64,000 bases of DNA from Acidobacteriota bacterium (GTDB lineage Bacteria; Acidobacteriota; Thermoanaerobaculia; Gp7-AA8), in contig JAFATB010000013.1 of the NCBI GenBank assembly GCA_019244185.1, positions 1 through 64,000 on the forward strand. The letters run 5' to 3'. Each line of letters starts with the position of its first letter. Within the stretch, counting starts at the first letter, position 1. A model generated the notes under the pieces. It had not been told where the DNA came from. It ran no database searches and was given only the letters and a program-made list of their open reading frames with translations. A program made the translations under genes and the position numbers. Of the stretch, positions 21,447 through 34,469 are shown piece by piece.

Positions 21447-21947
21447 GTGACCGACGAACGCACCTTCACGCTCGCATACGCGCACCACTACCCGCAGGTG
21501 GAGCGCTTTCTGCGCGGCATGCTCGCCGGACGCGGCGACGCGCCCGACCTCGCGCAGGAGGTCTTCCTGCGCCTGCACGCGCGCGGCCCCGCGGCGGCGG
21601 GCGAGGCACAGGTGCGCTTCTGGCTGTTCCGCGTCGCGCGCAATCTCGCGCTCAACGAGCTGCGGCGGTGGACGCTGCGCGATGCCATGCGTCCGCTGCT
21701 CGCGCTCCTCGCCGCGCCGCAGCCGACGCCGCACGACGCGCTCGTGCGCGACGAGGATCGCCGGCGCCTGCTCGCGCATCTGGCGAAGCTCAGCGCCGAT
21801 CAGCGCGCGGCGCTGCTGCTGCGCGAATGGGAAGAGATGTCGTACGACGAGATCGCGGCGACGCTGGAAGTGAGCGTGGCCAAGGTGAAGAGCGATCTGT
21901 TCCGCGCGCGCCAGGCGCTGCGCGCGGCGTGGGAGAACGAACGATGA
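21447..21947 (+). CDS. ECF sigma-70 factor
   Basis: DLAQEVFLR, WLFRVARNL (region 2); SYDEIAATLEVSVAKVKSDLFRAR (region 4). Confidence 0.92.
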   Translation: MTDERTFTLAYAHHYPQVERFLRGMLAGRGDAPDLAQEVFLRLHARGPAAAGEAQVRFWLFRVARNLALNELRRWTLRDAMRPLLALLAAPQPTPHDALVRDEDRRRLLAHLAKLSADQRAALLLREWEEMSYDEIAATLEVSVAKVKSDLFRARQALRAAWENER

Positions 21948-22300
21948 CTTGCCCGCGACTCGAAGAAACGTCCGCGCTGTTCGACGGCGCGCTCGGCGAC
22001 GATGCCGCCGCTGCCGCGCGCGCGCATGTCGATGGTTGCGCGGAATGCCGCGCGTTCGACGCGCACATGCGCCGCGTGCGCGACGCGCTGCGCGAGCCGG
22101 TTGCGTTTGCGGCTGCGCCCGCGCCGCGCGCGTTGTGGCGGCGGCGGATCGCGATTCCGCTGCCGGTGGCGCTGCTGCTGTTCGCGCTCCTCGTCGCGCT
22201 GCTGCTGCCGCGGCGTGCCGCGCGCGAGACCGGCGCCTTCGACGGCTTCGATGCGGGACGCGCGCCGGTGGTCGTCGTGCGCAGCCGAGGTGCGCGATGA
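21944..22300 (+). CDS. zf-HC2 anti-sigma factor with single TM
   Basis: HVDGCAEC zinc motif, TM PLPVALLLFALLVALLL; ATGA overlap with the sigma gene. Confidence 0.85.
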   Translation: MTCPRLEETSALFDGALGDDAAAAARAHVDGCAECRAFDAHMRRVRDALREPVAFAAAPAPRALWRRRIAIPLPVALLLFALLVALLLPRRAARETGAFDGFDAGRAPVVVVRSRGAR

Positions 22301-23124
22301 GGCGCGCGCGGCTCGCAGTACTCGTTGCGTCGGTTGTCGCGTCGATCGTGGCGATGCAGTCGCACGCGGCGCGTACGCCGTCGCGGCTCGCCTTCACGAT
22401 CCGCTGCACGGAGACCACGGCGGACGGCACGCGCACGCTGTACGAGGCGACGATCGACGGACCGCCGGCGACCGACTTCGATCTCTCGCTGCACGACGCG
22501 CGCTTCACGCTCGATGCGTCGTTCGTCAACGAGCCCGCCGCGAACGGCGGAACGGACGTGCGTTTGCACGTGGAGAGCCGCCGCCGCTTCGGGACGTCGC
22601 CGAATGGCCTGCCGTTGTGGGAGGAGGCGCGGCAGGAGCACCGCGTCTCCGTCGCGCTCGATCAGCAGCTGGAGCTCCTGCCGTTCGGTGGCGCGGGCCC
22701 GCGCGGCCTGCTGAAGTTCGTGATCGAGCCGGCCGCGTCGGCGAAGGCAGTCGACGCGCCGATCGCGATCGCGCTGCACGCCGACGAGACGCACGCGATC
22801 CGCGTCTACGCGCATCGCGCGCCGCACTGGTACGCGGTCGACGCCGCGCTCGAACGTGACGGCGTCGTCGTCGCGCGCGGATCGACCCGCGCCTTTCGCG
22901 ACGAGCGCACGCGCCTCGCCCTCGGCACACTCGCCGCCGTCGACGTGCGCGTCGCGCCGCCACCGTACGACGACCCGCGCCGCGCCGCGCGCGTCACATT
23001 CGACGCGCGCGGCGCCGATGGCCGCACGCTCGCGCAGGGATGGGAAGGCGTCACAAACGGTGCTCCGCTCCGCTACGCCCTGAACGATGGGAGTGTGCTC
23101 GTGCTGACGGCGAGGCCCGAATGA
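22297..23124 (+). CDS. Hypothetical exported protein
   Basis: Signal peptide MRRARLAVLVASVVASIVAMQSHA; ATGA coupling at both ends. Confidence 0.72.
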   Translation: MRRARLAVLVASVVASIVAMQSHAARTPSRLAFTIRCTETTADGTRTLYEATIDGPPATDFDLSLHDARFTLDASFVNEPAANGGTDVRLHVESRRRFGTSPNGLPLWEEARQEHRVSVALDQQLELLPFGGAGPRGLLKFVIEPAASAKAVDAPIAIALHADETHAIRVYAHRAPHWYAVDAALERDGVVVARGSTRAFRDERTRLALGTLAAVDVRVAPPPYDDPRRAARVTFDARGADGRTLAQGWEGVTNGAPLRYALNDGSVLVLTARPE

Positions 23125-24422
23125 AAACGCTCCTGCTCGTGCTCGTGAGCGCGCTCGCCGCATGCCGCACCGCGGCACCGCCGGCCGTCGATGCCTTCGC
23201 GTTGCTGGCCGCCGTCGACGCGGCAGCGACGCGCGATCTGTGGCCGGGCTTCGATCCGCGCACGATGCCGGTCGCGCTCGACGACGGCACGCGGACGCTG
23301 CTCTTCCGGCATCCGTCGCCGCCGCCGGAGTTCCGTCCGCTCGCGGAGCATCCCGGCGTCTTCGTCAGCGAACGGCGCATCGTCATGGCCAACACGAGCG
23401 TGCAACTCGGCGGCGTCGAAACTGCCACCGTGCTGCCGCCGCAATCCGATGCGCCGCTGCCGCGGCGCGCCGCGCTGGTCGTGCACGAGCTCTTTCACGT
23501 CTACCAGCGCAATCATCATCCGCGCTGGGCGGCGAACGAAGCGGATCTCTTCCTATATCCATCCAGCGATGCATCGCTCGTGGCGGCGCAACGACTCGAA
23601 GCGGAAGCGTTGCGCCGCGCGCTGGTCGTCGATGTCTGCTGGACGCGCGCCGCGCTCGACGAACGCCGCGCGCGGTTCGCGCGCATGCCGGCCGCCGCCG
23701 TCGCGTACGAACGCGGCACGGAGCTCAACGAAGGTCTCGCCACTTACGTCGAGCAGCGTGCGCTCGCGTCGTCCGCTGCCGCCGTCCTTCCCGATCCGTA
23801 CTTTGTGCCCGACGCCATTCGCGCCCGCGCCTACCGCACCGGCCTCGCCCTCGGCCGCCTCCTCGATCGCCTGCAACCCGGCTGGCGCGCGACGCTGGAA
23901 CGCGACGATGCGCCCTCGCTCGACGAACTGCTCGCGCGCAGCGCACCGCCGACGACGTGCAGCCTCACCGCCGATGAACGCCGCGCCGCGCTCGCCCGCG
24001 CGAACGCCGACGTCGCGGCGCTCGACCAACAACACGCGAAAACGCTCGATGCGTTTCTCGCGCGCGACGGTTGGCGCATCGTCGTCGACACGCCCGCCGC
24101 GCCGCTCTGGCCGAACAGCTTCGATCCGCTGAACGTGCAGCTCCTCGCGCCCGGCACCGTGCTGCACGCGCGCTTCGTGAAGCTCGCGAACGACCGCGCC
24201 TCCATCGAGCTCCTCGGCCATCCCGCGCTCACGTACGCCGACGGCGCGCATCCGCTTTTCGACGGCGTACGTCGCGTGATCGTCAGCGGACTCGCCGCCG
24301 AGCCGCGCGTGACCGAAGACCGCGGCGCCGTCACGATCGAAGGTGACGGCATCACCATCCGCGCGAACGCGCGCGTCACGCGTGACGGCCGCACAATTTC
24401 ATTGACAAACAGCGAGCAATGA
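23121..24422 (+). CDS. Lipoprotein with HEXXH (gluzincin-like) motif
   Basis: Lipobox LAAC; VHELFHVYQ and downstream NEGLATY. Confidence 0.75.
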   Translation: MKTLLLVLVSALAACRTAAPPAVDAFALLAAVDAAATRDLWPGFDPRTMPVALDDGTRTLLFRHPSPPPEFRPLAEHPGVFVSERRIVMANTSVQLGGVETATVLPPQSDAPLPRRAALVVHELFHVYQRNHHPRWAANEADLFLYPSSDASLVAAQRLEAEALRRALVVDVCWTRAALDERRARFARMPAAAVAYERGTELNEGLATYVEQRALASSAAAVLPDPYFVPDAIRARAYRTGLALGRLLDRLQPGWRATLERDDAPSLDELLARSAPPTTCSLTADERRAALARANADVAALDQQHAKTLDAFLARDGWRIVVDTPAAPLWPNSFDPLNVQLLAPGTVLHARFVKLANDRASIELLGHPALTYADGAHPLFDGVRRVIVSGLAAEPRVTEDRGAVTIEGDGITIRANARVTRDGRTISLTNSEQ

Positions 24423-24443
24423 CCGATTTACGTTTTCCGTTTC

Positions 24444-25937
24444 GTGATCCGCAGAATCGTGTTTCCCTTCGCGTGCGCGCTGCTGCTCGCCTCGTCGATG
24501 CATGCGCAGCCGGTGCTCCGCTGGGGCGGTGACGCCGAGGGGGGAGCTCCGTTCGTCGAAGCCGACCCGAATGATCCCAGTGTGGTGCGCGGGTTCGACG
24601 TCGAAGTCGCGGAAGAGATCGCGAAAGGACTCGGGCGCAAGCCGCAGTTCGTGCAGGTCGCGTTCTCCTCGATCGACCAGTCGGTGGAGCGCGGCGACTT
24701 CGACATCGGCATGAGCGGCGTCGAAGACACGCCCGGCCGGCGCGCCGCGCTGGCGACGACGATCCCGTATTACGAATTCGAAGAAACGCTCACGGTGCGC
24801 GCGGCGGATCGCGATCGCATTCGCACGCTCTCCGACCTGCGCGGCCGCCGCGTCGGCACGCTCGGCGGCACGATCGCGTACGACATCCTCCTCGACGCGG
24901 AGAAGAAGCTCGGCGTCGTGCCGGTGTCGTACGACGACGACGTGCATCCGTACGAGGACCTGCAGCAGGGACGCCTCGACGCGGTGCTGCTCGACAACAT
25001 CATCGCCGCGCGTTCGATGCGTCGCACGCCGGGCCTCTACAGCCACTACGACCATCCGGTCGCGAAGGCGCATTACGTCGCGGTGCTCGCGCGCGAGAAC
25101 ACCGCGCTCCGCGATCGCATCAACGAGATCCTCCGCGCGCGCATGCGCGACGGCACGCTCGAGCGCATCTACCGCAAGTGGGACATCTGGAATGATTTCC
25201 AGCCGAAGTTCTTCGCCGAGACCCTTGCGGACGTGCGGCCGGCGCCCGCTGCCTCGCAGCCGGTGACCGTCGCGACGCAGCCGCCGCATCCGCGCCCGCG
25301 CGTCTCCGCGTACATCCCCGCGCTGCTGCGCGCGTCGCTGATCACGATCGCGATGTCGTGCCTTGCGATGGCGCTCGCGATCGGCCTCGGCATCCTCATC
25401 GCCACCGGCCGCGTCTACGGCGGCGCGCTGACGCGCGCGGTGCTCACCGCGTACGTGGAAGTGATCCGCGGGACGCCCGTGCTGCTGCAGCTGTTCGTGC
25501 TCTATTACGGCCTCTCCGCCGTCATCCGCCTTCCCGCGTTCATCGCCGCGCTGCTCGGGCTCGGACTCAACTACGCGGCGTACGAGAGCGAGATCTATCG
25601 CGGCGCGATGGAAGCGGTGGCGCGCGGACAGCTCGAAGCGGCGCGCACGCTCGGGCTCACGGAGTTTCAGGTGTTCCGCTACGTGCGCGGGCCTCAAGCC
25701 TTTCGATTGGCGCTCGCGCCGATGACCAACGACTTCGTCGCGCTGCTGAAGGATTCGTCGCTCGTTTCCGTGATCACGGTCGTCGAGCTGACGAAGCAGA
25801 CGCAGATCTTCGCCGCGAACCTCGGCAGCTGGGTCATCCCCGGCGCGCTCTGCGCCGCGCTCTACCTCGTGATGTCGCTCCCGCTCGCGCGCCTCGCGCG
25901 CCACCTCGAAGCGCAGTGGAGGGCGCCGACCGCATGA
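24444..25937 (+). CDS. Polar amino acid ABC transporter, substrate-binding/permease fusion
   Basis: SBP3 domain (GFDVEVA, DGTLERIYRKW) fused to RGTPVLLQL / AAYESEIYRG / LKDSSL permease. Confidence 0.92.
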   Translation: MIRRIVFPFACALLLASSMHAQPVLRWGGDAEGGAPFVEADPNDPSVVRGFDVEVAEEIAKGLGRKPQFVQVAFSSIDQSVERGDFDIGMSGVEDTPGRRAALATTIPYYEFEETLTVRAADRDRIRTLSDLRGRRVGTLGGTIAYDILLDAEKKLGVVPVSYDDDVHPYEDLQQGRLDAVLLDNIIAARSMRRTPGLYSHYDHPVAKAHYVAVLARENTALRDRINEILRARMRDGTLERIYRKWDIWNDFQPKFFAETLADVRPAPAASQPVTVATQPPHPRPRVSAYIPALLRASLITIAMSCLAMALAIGLGILIATGRVYGGALTRAVLTAYVEVIRGTPVLLQLFVLYYGLSAVIRLPAFIAALLGLGLNYAAYESEIYRGAMEAVARGQLEAARTLGLTEFQVFRYVRGPQAFRLALAPMTNDFVALLKDSSLVSVITVVELTKQTQIFAANLGSWVIPGALCAALYLVMSLPLARLARHLEAQWRAPTA

Positions 25938-26692
25938 CGCGCGTGCTGACCATCGACAACCTCCGCCTCCGCCGCGGCGCGCGCGAGGTGCTGCGCGGCG
26001 TGACGCTCTCCGTCGACCGCGGCGAGCTCGTCGCGCTGATGGGACTCTCCGGCGGCGGGAAGACGACGGTGCTGCGCGCCGTGACCGCGCTCGAGCCGTT
26101 CGACGCCGGGACGATCGACGTCGACGGTGTCACGCTCGCCGCCGGAAGCACCGCGCCGCGCACGACCCTGCGCGAGCTCCGCCGCCGCGTGGGCATGGTG
26201 TTCCAACTGCACTATCTCTTCGAGCACCTCACCGCGCTCGACAACGTGACGCTCGCGCCGCTGCACGTCGCACGCGCTGCGCGCGCCGACGCCGAGGCGC
26301 GCGCGCTCACGCTCCTCGACACGCTCGGCGTCGCGCATCGCAAGCACGCGTACCCGCGCGAGCTCTCCGGCGGCGAGGCGCAACGCGTCGCGATCGCACG
26401 CGCGATGGCCATGGAGCCGCCGCTGCTGCTGATGGACGAGCCGACCGCGTCGCTCGATCCCGCGCGCCGCGGCGAGCTCGGACGCACGCTGCGCGAGCTG
26501 ACGCACGGCGGCCGGACGCTCGTCGTGACGACGCACGACGACGACTTCGCGCGCGATTTCGCGACGCGCGTCATCGTGCTCGCGGAAGGTGAAGTGGTCG
26601 AACAGGGCGACGCGCGCTCCGTGCTGACGAACCCGCAACATCCCGCGACGCGCGCGCTGCTGCAGCAGACCGGCACGGCTGACGGCGCTTGA
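25934..26692 (+). CDS. Amino acid ABC transporter ATP-binding protein
   Basis: GLSGGGKT, LSGGEAQRVAIARA, LMDEPT, TH switch. Confidence 0.93.
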   Translation: MTRVLTIDNLRLRRGAREVLRGVTLSVDRGELVALMGLSGGGKTTVLRAVTALEPFDAGTIDVDGVTLAAGSTAPRTTLRELRRRVGMVFQLHYLFEHLTALDNVTLAPLHVARAARADAEARALTLLDTLGVAHRKHAYPRELSGGEAQRVAIARAMAMEPPLLLMDEPTASLDPARRGELGRTLRELTHGGRTLVVTTHDDDFARDFATRVIVLAEGEVVEQGDARSVLTNPQHPATRALLQQTGTADGA

Positions 26693-26748
26693 AGGTGTAA
26701 CCGTACCGTTCCTCAACGGCGCGGCGGGCGGCCCCGTATGATCCCCAA

Positions 26749-28755
26749 ATGCTCCGCGCAACGATCGTGTTTCTCGCTCTCCTCGCGCTCGCCGCCGTTC
26801 CCGCGCTCGCGCAAAGCGCCGATCTCCTGGTCACGCCGGTCACGCGCACGGACATCACGGTTCGCACCGGCGGCGAGTTCTGGGTCACGTTCAACGTCCT
26901 CAACGGCGGTCCCGACGTCGCGACGAACGTCGGCTTCACGATCACGCTGCCCGCCGGCACGCGCGTGTACGCGCCGAGTCTCAACGCCTCGTGCGAGCTG
27001 CCCGACACGATCCTCCGCTGCACCGCCGGTAACCTGCAGCCGGCCGAACAACGGCAGTTTCAGATCGGGCTGCTCGCACCCGATTCCCCGCAGACCGTGA
27101 CGATCGCGACGACGGTCGCGTCGGACACGCCCGACCCGACGCCGGACGCGAACACGTTCTCCTTTCACGTGACGTCCGTCGTCAGCGCGGACCTCGGCGC
27201 GACGCTCCTCCCGAGCGACGCGCGCATCGATCCGGGCGCGACGACGACCTTCCTTTCGAACGCCGCCGTCAGCGGCACGCACCCCGACACGATCGATCTC
27301 GATTACGCCGTCACCAACGGCACGATCGTCTCCATTGATGCTCCCGAGAGCACGCACTGCACGATCGCCGGCAGCACGGCGCGTTGCACCGCGCCGGTGC
27401 TCGACGAATGCAACTGCATCGTCTCCTCGCTGCCCGTGACCATTCGCGCGAGCGACGACCGCAACGGCGGCGTGACCACGCTGACCGTGACGCCGTCGAG
27501 CGCGCTGCCGGATCTCGATCACTCCAACGACGTCGCGCGCGCGACCGCGCAGGTCTATCGCTGGCTGACCGTGACGAATGTCGCCGATTCCGGCGAAGGC
27601 TCGCTGCGCGCCGCCATCGAAGAAGCGAACCGCGGCTGCGCGTCACCGTGCAAGATCGCGTTCGAGATCACCGGCACACCGTCCGCCGACGGCGCGGTCA
27701 CGATCACTCCCACCACTCCGCTCCCCGCAATCACCGCGAAGCGCATCTTCGTCGACGGCAACACGCAACGCAGGTTCGACGGCTCGACCGGCACCACACC
27801 GCGCATCGCACTCGACGGCCGCCTCGCCGGCCACGGCCTCGTGCTGCACGCCACCTGCGACGGCGTGATCGAAGGCCTCGCCATCGGCAATTTCCTCGAG
27901 GATCAGGGACTGTGGGTTTCGAACGCCGGTCCCTGCGACGATTTCCACTACCCGCTCGACGCGTGGCGCGTGAGCCACAATTTCATCGGCACGGACGCCA
28001 CCGGTATGAACGCGCGCCCGAATCTCCGCGGGATCCGCGCGGACGACGCGTTCGGCTTCTCCATCGACGACAACGTGATCAGCGGCAATCGCTTCAGCGG
28101 CGTCTGGATGTGGCGCGGCGCCGCCGGTTTCCACGGCAATCACATCGGCGTCGCCGCCGACGGTCTCTCCGCCCTCGGCAACGGCGCGAGCGGGATCTTC
28201 CTCGGCCCCGGCGTGCTCTCCGCGGAAGTCCTCGGCAACGTGATCTCGAATCAACCGCAGATGGCCGTCGCCGCCGCGCGCGGCGCACAGCAAGTCGACA
28301 TCCGCCTGAACTCGTTCCGCGACAACGGCGGCCTCGGCATCGATTGGGGCCTCGACGGCGTCACCCCGCCTTCCGACGACGACGCGCTCACCGAAGGCAA
28401 TGCGCCCGTGCTGCTGTCCGCGCATTACGACCCGTCGAACCAACTGCTGACGATGACCTACGCGCTCACGACGAAGTTCCCGACCCCGTTCCTCAATCAA
28501 CTGCTGCTCGATGTCTACGCGAACCGCACGCCCGACGGCGAAGGCGAAACGCCGCTCGCGGAGATCGGCGCGTCCACCGCGAACGGCGATACCGCGACGG
28601 TGACGTTCGGCGTCGAGACCGATCCGCGCGGCCAATGGCTCACCGCCACGTCGACCCGCGTGCACTTCCTCTTCGCCAACCCGCCGCGTACGAAGTCCCT
28701 CGCCGGCGGCCAGACGTCGACGTCGGAGATGAGCAACGCGGTGCGCGTGGAATAG
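26749..28755 (+). CDS. Secreted DUF11-like / right-handed beta-helix protein
   Basis: Signal peptide ...ALAQSADL; NGGPDVATNV DUF11-like; VTNVADSGEGSLRAAI and beta-helix repeats (NFIGTDATG, NVISGN). Confidence 0.8.
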   Translation: MLRATIVFLALLALAAVPALAQSADLLVTPVTRTDITVRTGGEFWVTFNVLNGGPDVATNVGFTITLPAGTRVYAPSLNASCELPDTILRCTAGNLQPAEQRQFQIGLLAPDSPQTVTIATTVASDTPDPTPDANTFSFHVTSVVSADLGATLLPSDARIDPGATTTFLSNAAVSGTHPDTIDLDYAVTNGTIVSIDAPESTHCTIAGSTARCTAPVLDECNCIVSSLPVTIRASDDRNGGVTTLTVTPSSALPDLDHSNDVARATAQVYRWLTVTNVADSGEGSLRAAIEEANRGCASPCKIAFEITGTPSADGAVTITPTTPLPAITAKRIFVDGNTQRRFDGSTGTTPRIALDGRLAGHGLVLHATCDGVIEGLAIGNFLEDQGLWVSNAGPCDDFHYPLDAWRVSHNFIGTDATGMNARPNLRGIRADDAFGFSIDDNVISGNRFSGVWMWRGAAGFHGNHIGVAADGLSALGNGASGIFLGPGVLSAEVLGNVISNQPQMAVAAARGAQQVDIRLNSFRDNGGLGIDWGLDGVTPPSDDDALTEGNAPVLLSAHYDPSNQLLTMTYALTTKFPTPFLNQLLLDVYANRTPDGEGETPLAEIGASTANGDTATVTFGVETDPRGQWLTATSTRVHFLFANPPRTKSLAGGQTSTSEMSNAVRVE

Positions 28756-28760
28756 CCGAC

Positions 28761-28945
28761 GTAGGATGACGACCGGGAGCGCCTCCGGCGGGGCGGCACG
28801 GCCGCCAGCGCTAAGGGCTTAGCCAGTACGCACGTGCGGCTGCAGTCAACGACGTTAACGGCCACCGCACGTGCGTCCAGGCTAGGCCCTTAGCGCTGGC
28901 GGCCGTGCCGCCCCGCCGGAGGCGCTCCCGGTCGGTGTTCCCTAC
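28761..28945. repeat. GTAG-flanked inverted-repeat element (REP doublet/REPIN-like) between convergent genes
   Basis: GACCGGGAGCGCCTCCGGCGGGGCGGCACGGCCGCCAGCGCTAAGGGC from 28771, with its exact reverse complement ending at 28933; outer GTAGG (28761) and CCTAC (28941). Confidence 0.85.
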
Positions 28946-30696
28946 GCGGCTTCCTCGCGGCGCGCGCTCTGCTCGCGCCAAAGGGCGGCGTAGAGGCCGT
29001 TCAGCGCGAGCAGCGAGTGGTGCGTGCCGGTTTCGACGATGTGACCTTTCGCGAGCACGTGGATGCGTTGGGCGTGAGCGATCGTCGAGAGGCGATGGGC
29101 GACGAGGACCGTCATGCGGCGGTGCGTGCCGGTCGTGAGCGTGCGGATCGTCTCGGTGATCGACTTCTCCGTGATCGAGTCGAGGCTCGACGTGGCTTCA
29201 TCGAAGATGATCAGCTCGGGCTCGCGGAGGAGAGCGCGGGCGATGGCGAGGCGCTGGCGTTCGCCGCCGGAGATCTTGATGCCGCCTTCGCCGATCTTCG
29301 TGTCGAGACCTTTGCCGCCGCGCTCGATGATCGGCAGTGCGGCGGCTTGTTGCAGGACCTCGAGGCAGTCGGCGTCGGACGCGTCGGGATTCACGAACAG
29401 CAGGTTCTCGCGGATCGTGCCGGCGAAGAGTTGGGTCTCCTGCGTCACGAGACCGATGCGTGCGCGGAGCGCGTCGGAGTCGATGTCGTTGACGTCGGTA
29501 CCGTTCACGACGAGGCGGCCGTGCGTGGGGCGGTAGAGACCGACGAGCAGCTTCACGAGCGACGTCTTGCCGGAGCCGGAGGGACCGACGAACGCGATCG
29601 TGTCGCCGGCGGAGAACTCGAGGTCGATGTTCTCGAGGGAAGGTTCCGTCGCGCTCGGATACGTGAACGATACGCGCTCGAACGCGATGCGGCGGAGCGG
29701 ACCGACGGCGACGGGCTGCGCCGGTTTCGGCGCGGGCTCGATCGAGAGCACGTCCTCGAGCTTCTCCATGCTCGCTTTCGCTTCCTGGTATTGGGCGATG
29801 ATCGCGCCGAGCTCGGCGAGCGGGGAGAAGATCGCGAACGAGTAGAAGAAGATCGCGTAGAACTGCCCGATCGTGATGCGGTGGTTGTAGACCAGCCACA
29901 GCATGAGAAACAGCAGGCTCGCGCGCGTCGAGTTGATGAGCGTCCCCTGCAGGAACGAATAGAAGCGGAGGAAGCGCACCTTCTTCAGCTCGAGGGCGAG
30001 GATGCCGGAGTTCACGCGGTTGAGGCGCGTGATCTCCTGGTTCTCGAGGCCGAGCGACTTCACGAGCTCCACGTTGCGCAGCGTTTCGGTCGTCGAGCCC
30101 GCGAGCTCCGCGGTCTGCGTCACGATGATCCGCTGCTGCGTCTTGATGCGGCGGCTGATGAAGAACATCACCGTACCGAGCGTCGGCGCGAGGCAGACGT
30201 AGACCGTGCCGATCGTCCAGTCGACGGTGAAGCCGTAGATCGTCACGAACACGAGTCCGACCAGCGACACGAACACGAGGTTGATGAAGTTCGTGATCAG
30301 CGATTGCGCGTCGGCGCGCGCCTTCTGCATCTTCTGCAGGATCTCGCCGGAGCGCTGGTCCTCGAAGACCGCGTACGGCAGCGAGAACGAATGCGAGACG
30401 CTGCGTTCGTACAGCTGCGCGCCGGTGCGTTGCGCGATCACGTTGACGTAGTAGTCCTGAAAGTTCTTCGCGATGCGCGAGACGAGCGCGACGCCGACGT
30501 ACGCGAGCAGCAGCAGCAGCACCCCGCGGAGGAAATTGCCGGCGGGCAGCTCGTGGATGCGCAGCGCGTAGCGGTCGACGATGAGGCGGAACACCTGCGG
30601 ATCGAGCAGCGAGAAGACTTGGTTGATGGTCGCGAGGACGAGCGCCGCGGCGAGGAGGTGTTTGTAGCGGAGGAGGTAGCGGTAGAGCAGTGTCAC
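28942..30696 (-). CDS. ABC exporter ATP-binding/permease fusion
   Basis: TM domain plus GPSGSGKT, ISGGERQR, IFDEATSSLD, AHRLST. Confidence 0.93.
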   Translation of the reverse strand: MTLLYRYLLRYKHLLAAALVLATINQVFSLLDPQVFRLIVDRYALRIHELPAGNFLRGVLLLLLAYVGVALVSRIAKNFQDYYVNVIAQRTGAQLYERSVSHSFSLPYAVFEDQRSGEILQKMQKARADAQSLITNFINLVFVSLVGLVFVTIYGFTVDWTIGTVYVCLAPTLGTVMFFISRRIKTQQRIIVTQTAELAGSTTETLRNVELVKSLGLENQEITRLNRVNSGILALELKKVRFLRFYSFLQGTLINSTRASLLFLMLWLVYNHRITIGQFYAIFFYSFAIFSPLAELGAIIAQYQEAKASMEKLEDVLSIEPAPKPAQPVAVGPLRRIAFERVSFTYPSATEPSLENIDLEFSAGDTIAFVGPSGSGKTSLVKLLVGLYRPTHGRLVVNGTDVNDIDSDALRARIGLVTQETQLFAGTIRENLLFVNPDASDADCLEVLQQAAALPIIERGGKGLDTKIGEGGIKISGGERQRLAIARALLREPELIIFDEATSSLDSITEKSITETIRTLTTGTHRRMTVLVAHRLSTIAHAQRIHVLAKGHIVETGTHHSLLALNGLYAALWREQSARREEAA

Positions 30697-30708
30697 GCCG
30701 CGAGAGTA

Positions 30709-31464
30709 CTACTTCAGGAGCAGCGCGACGGTCATCACGATGCCGATGGCCACGACCGCGCGGCGGACGAACTTCCGGCCGAGGCGGTGCGCGACGCGCG
30801 CGCCGGCATAGCCGCCGATGAGCGCGCCGCTGGTCATGATCAGTACGTCGTGCCACACCACCGCGTGCGCGAGGATGAAGTAGATCGCCGCCACGCCGTT
30901 GATGGCCACGGCGAGCACGTTCTTGAGGCCGTTCATCTGATGCAGGTCGGTGAGGCCGATGAGGCCGAGCGCGGCCAGCATGAGGATGCCCATGCCCGCG
31001 CCGAAGTAGCCGCCGTAGAGCGCGACGAGGAACTGGAAGACGAACACGAACGTGACCCAGCCGGGCGTCGGCTCCTCGTGCGCGTGCGCGAGGACGCCGA
31101 GGCGTTTCGTGATGAACTCCTGCGCGGCGAGGAGCAGCGTGGCGCCGAGGATCAGCCACGGGACGAGCGCCTTGAAGGTGGAGGTGGGCGTGCGCAGCAG
31201 CAGCCAGCCGCCGAGCGCGCCGCCGGCGAGCGACGGGATCACGAGCAGCAGCAGCCAGCGGCGGACGGTGAGCAGTTCGCGGCGGAAGCCGAACGCGCCG
31301 GCGAGCGAGCCGGGCCAGATCGCGACGGTATTGGTGGCATTCGCGATTACCGGATTTCTACCGATCCATAGAAGGGCAGGGAAGGAGATCAGCGTTCCGC
31401 CGCCGGCGATGGAGTTGATCGTGCCCGCGAGGGTGGCGGCGAGAAAGATGACGAGCGTGCTCAG
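30709..31464 (-). CDS. TauE/SafE (TSUP) family exporter, probable non-canonical CTG start
   Basis: Frame upstream of GTG 31242 encodes the typical TSUP N-terminus AGTINSIAGGGTLISFP..ANATNT; YGGYFGAGMG; no in-frame ATG/GTG/TTG upstream. Confidence 0.85.
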   Translation of the reverse strand: MSTLVIFLAATLAGTINSIAGGGTLISFPALLWIGRNPVIANATNTVAIWPGSLAGAFGFRRELLTVRRWLLLLVIPSLAGGALGGWLLLRTPTSTFKALVPWLILGATLLLAAQEFITKRLGVLAHAHEEPTPGWVTFVFVFQFLVALYGGYFGAGMGILMLAALGLIGLTDLHQMNGLKNVLAVAINGVAAIYFILAHAVVWHDVLIMTSGALIGGYAGARVAHRLGRKFVRRAVVAIGIVMTVALLLK

Positions 31465-31537
31465 GCGGCTGCAGTTTATCCCGAGCGCCGGCGAGGGATC
31501 TCCGGTGCAGCCGCGCCCGATGTGCCGCTGACCGGAG

Positions 31538-34315
<2,778 letters not shown>

Positions 34316-34469
34316 GCTGAATGCCGCCATTGTAGCGGCAGGCATGACCTCGGCTCGTGATGGCGCGCACTCCGCGGCGCGTGGGAAGATTTCTTTGATA
34401 TCAAAGCGACGGCGGAGCAAAGTGCACCTCTGCCGGATGGCGAGCGCGACGCGTGCTAGGCTCCGCCGC

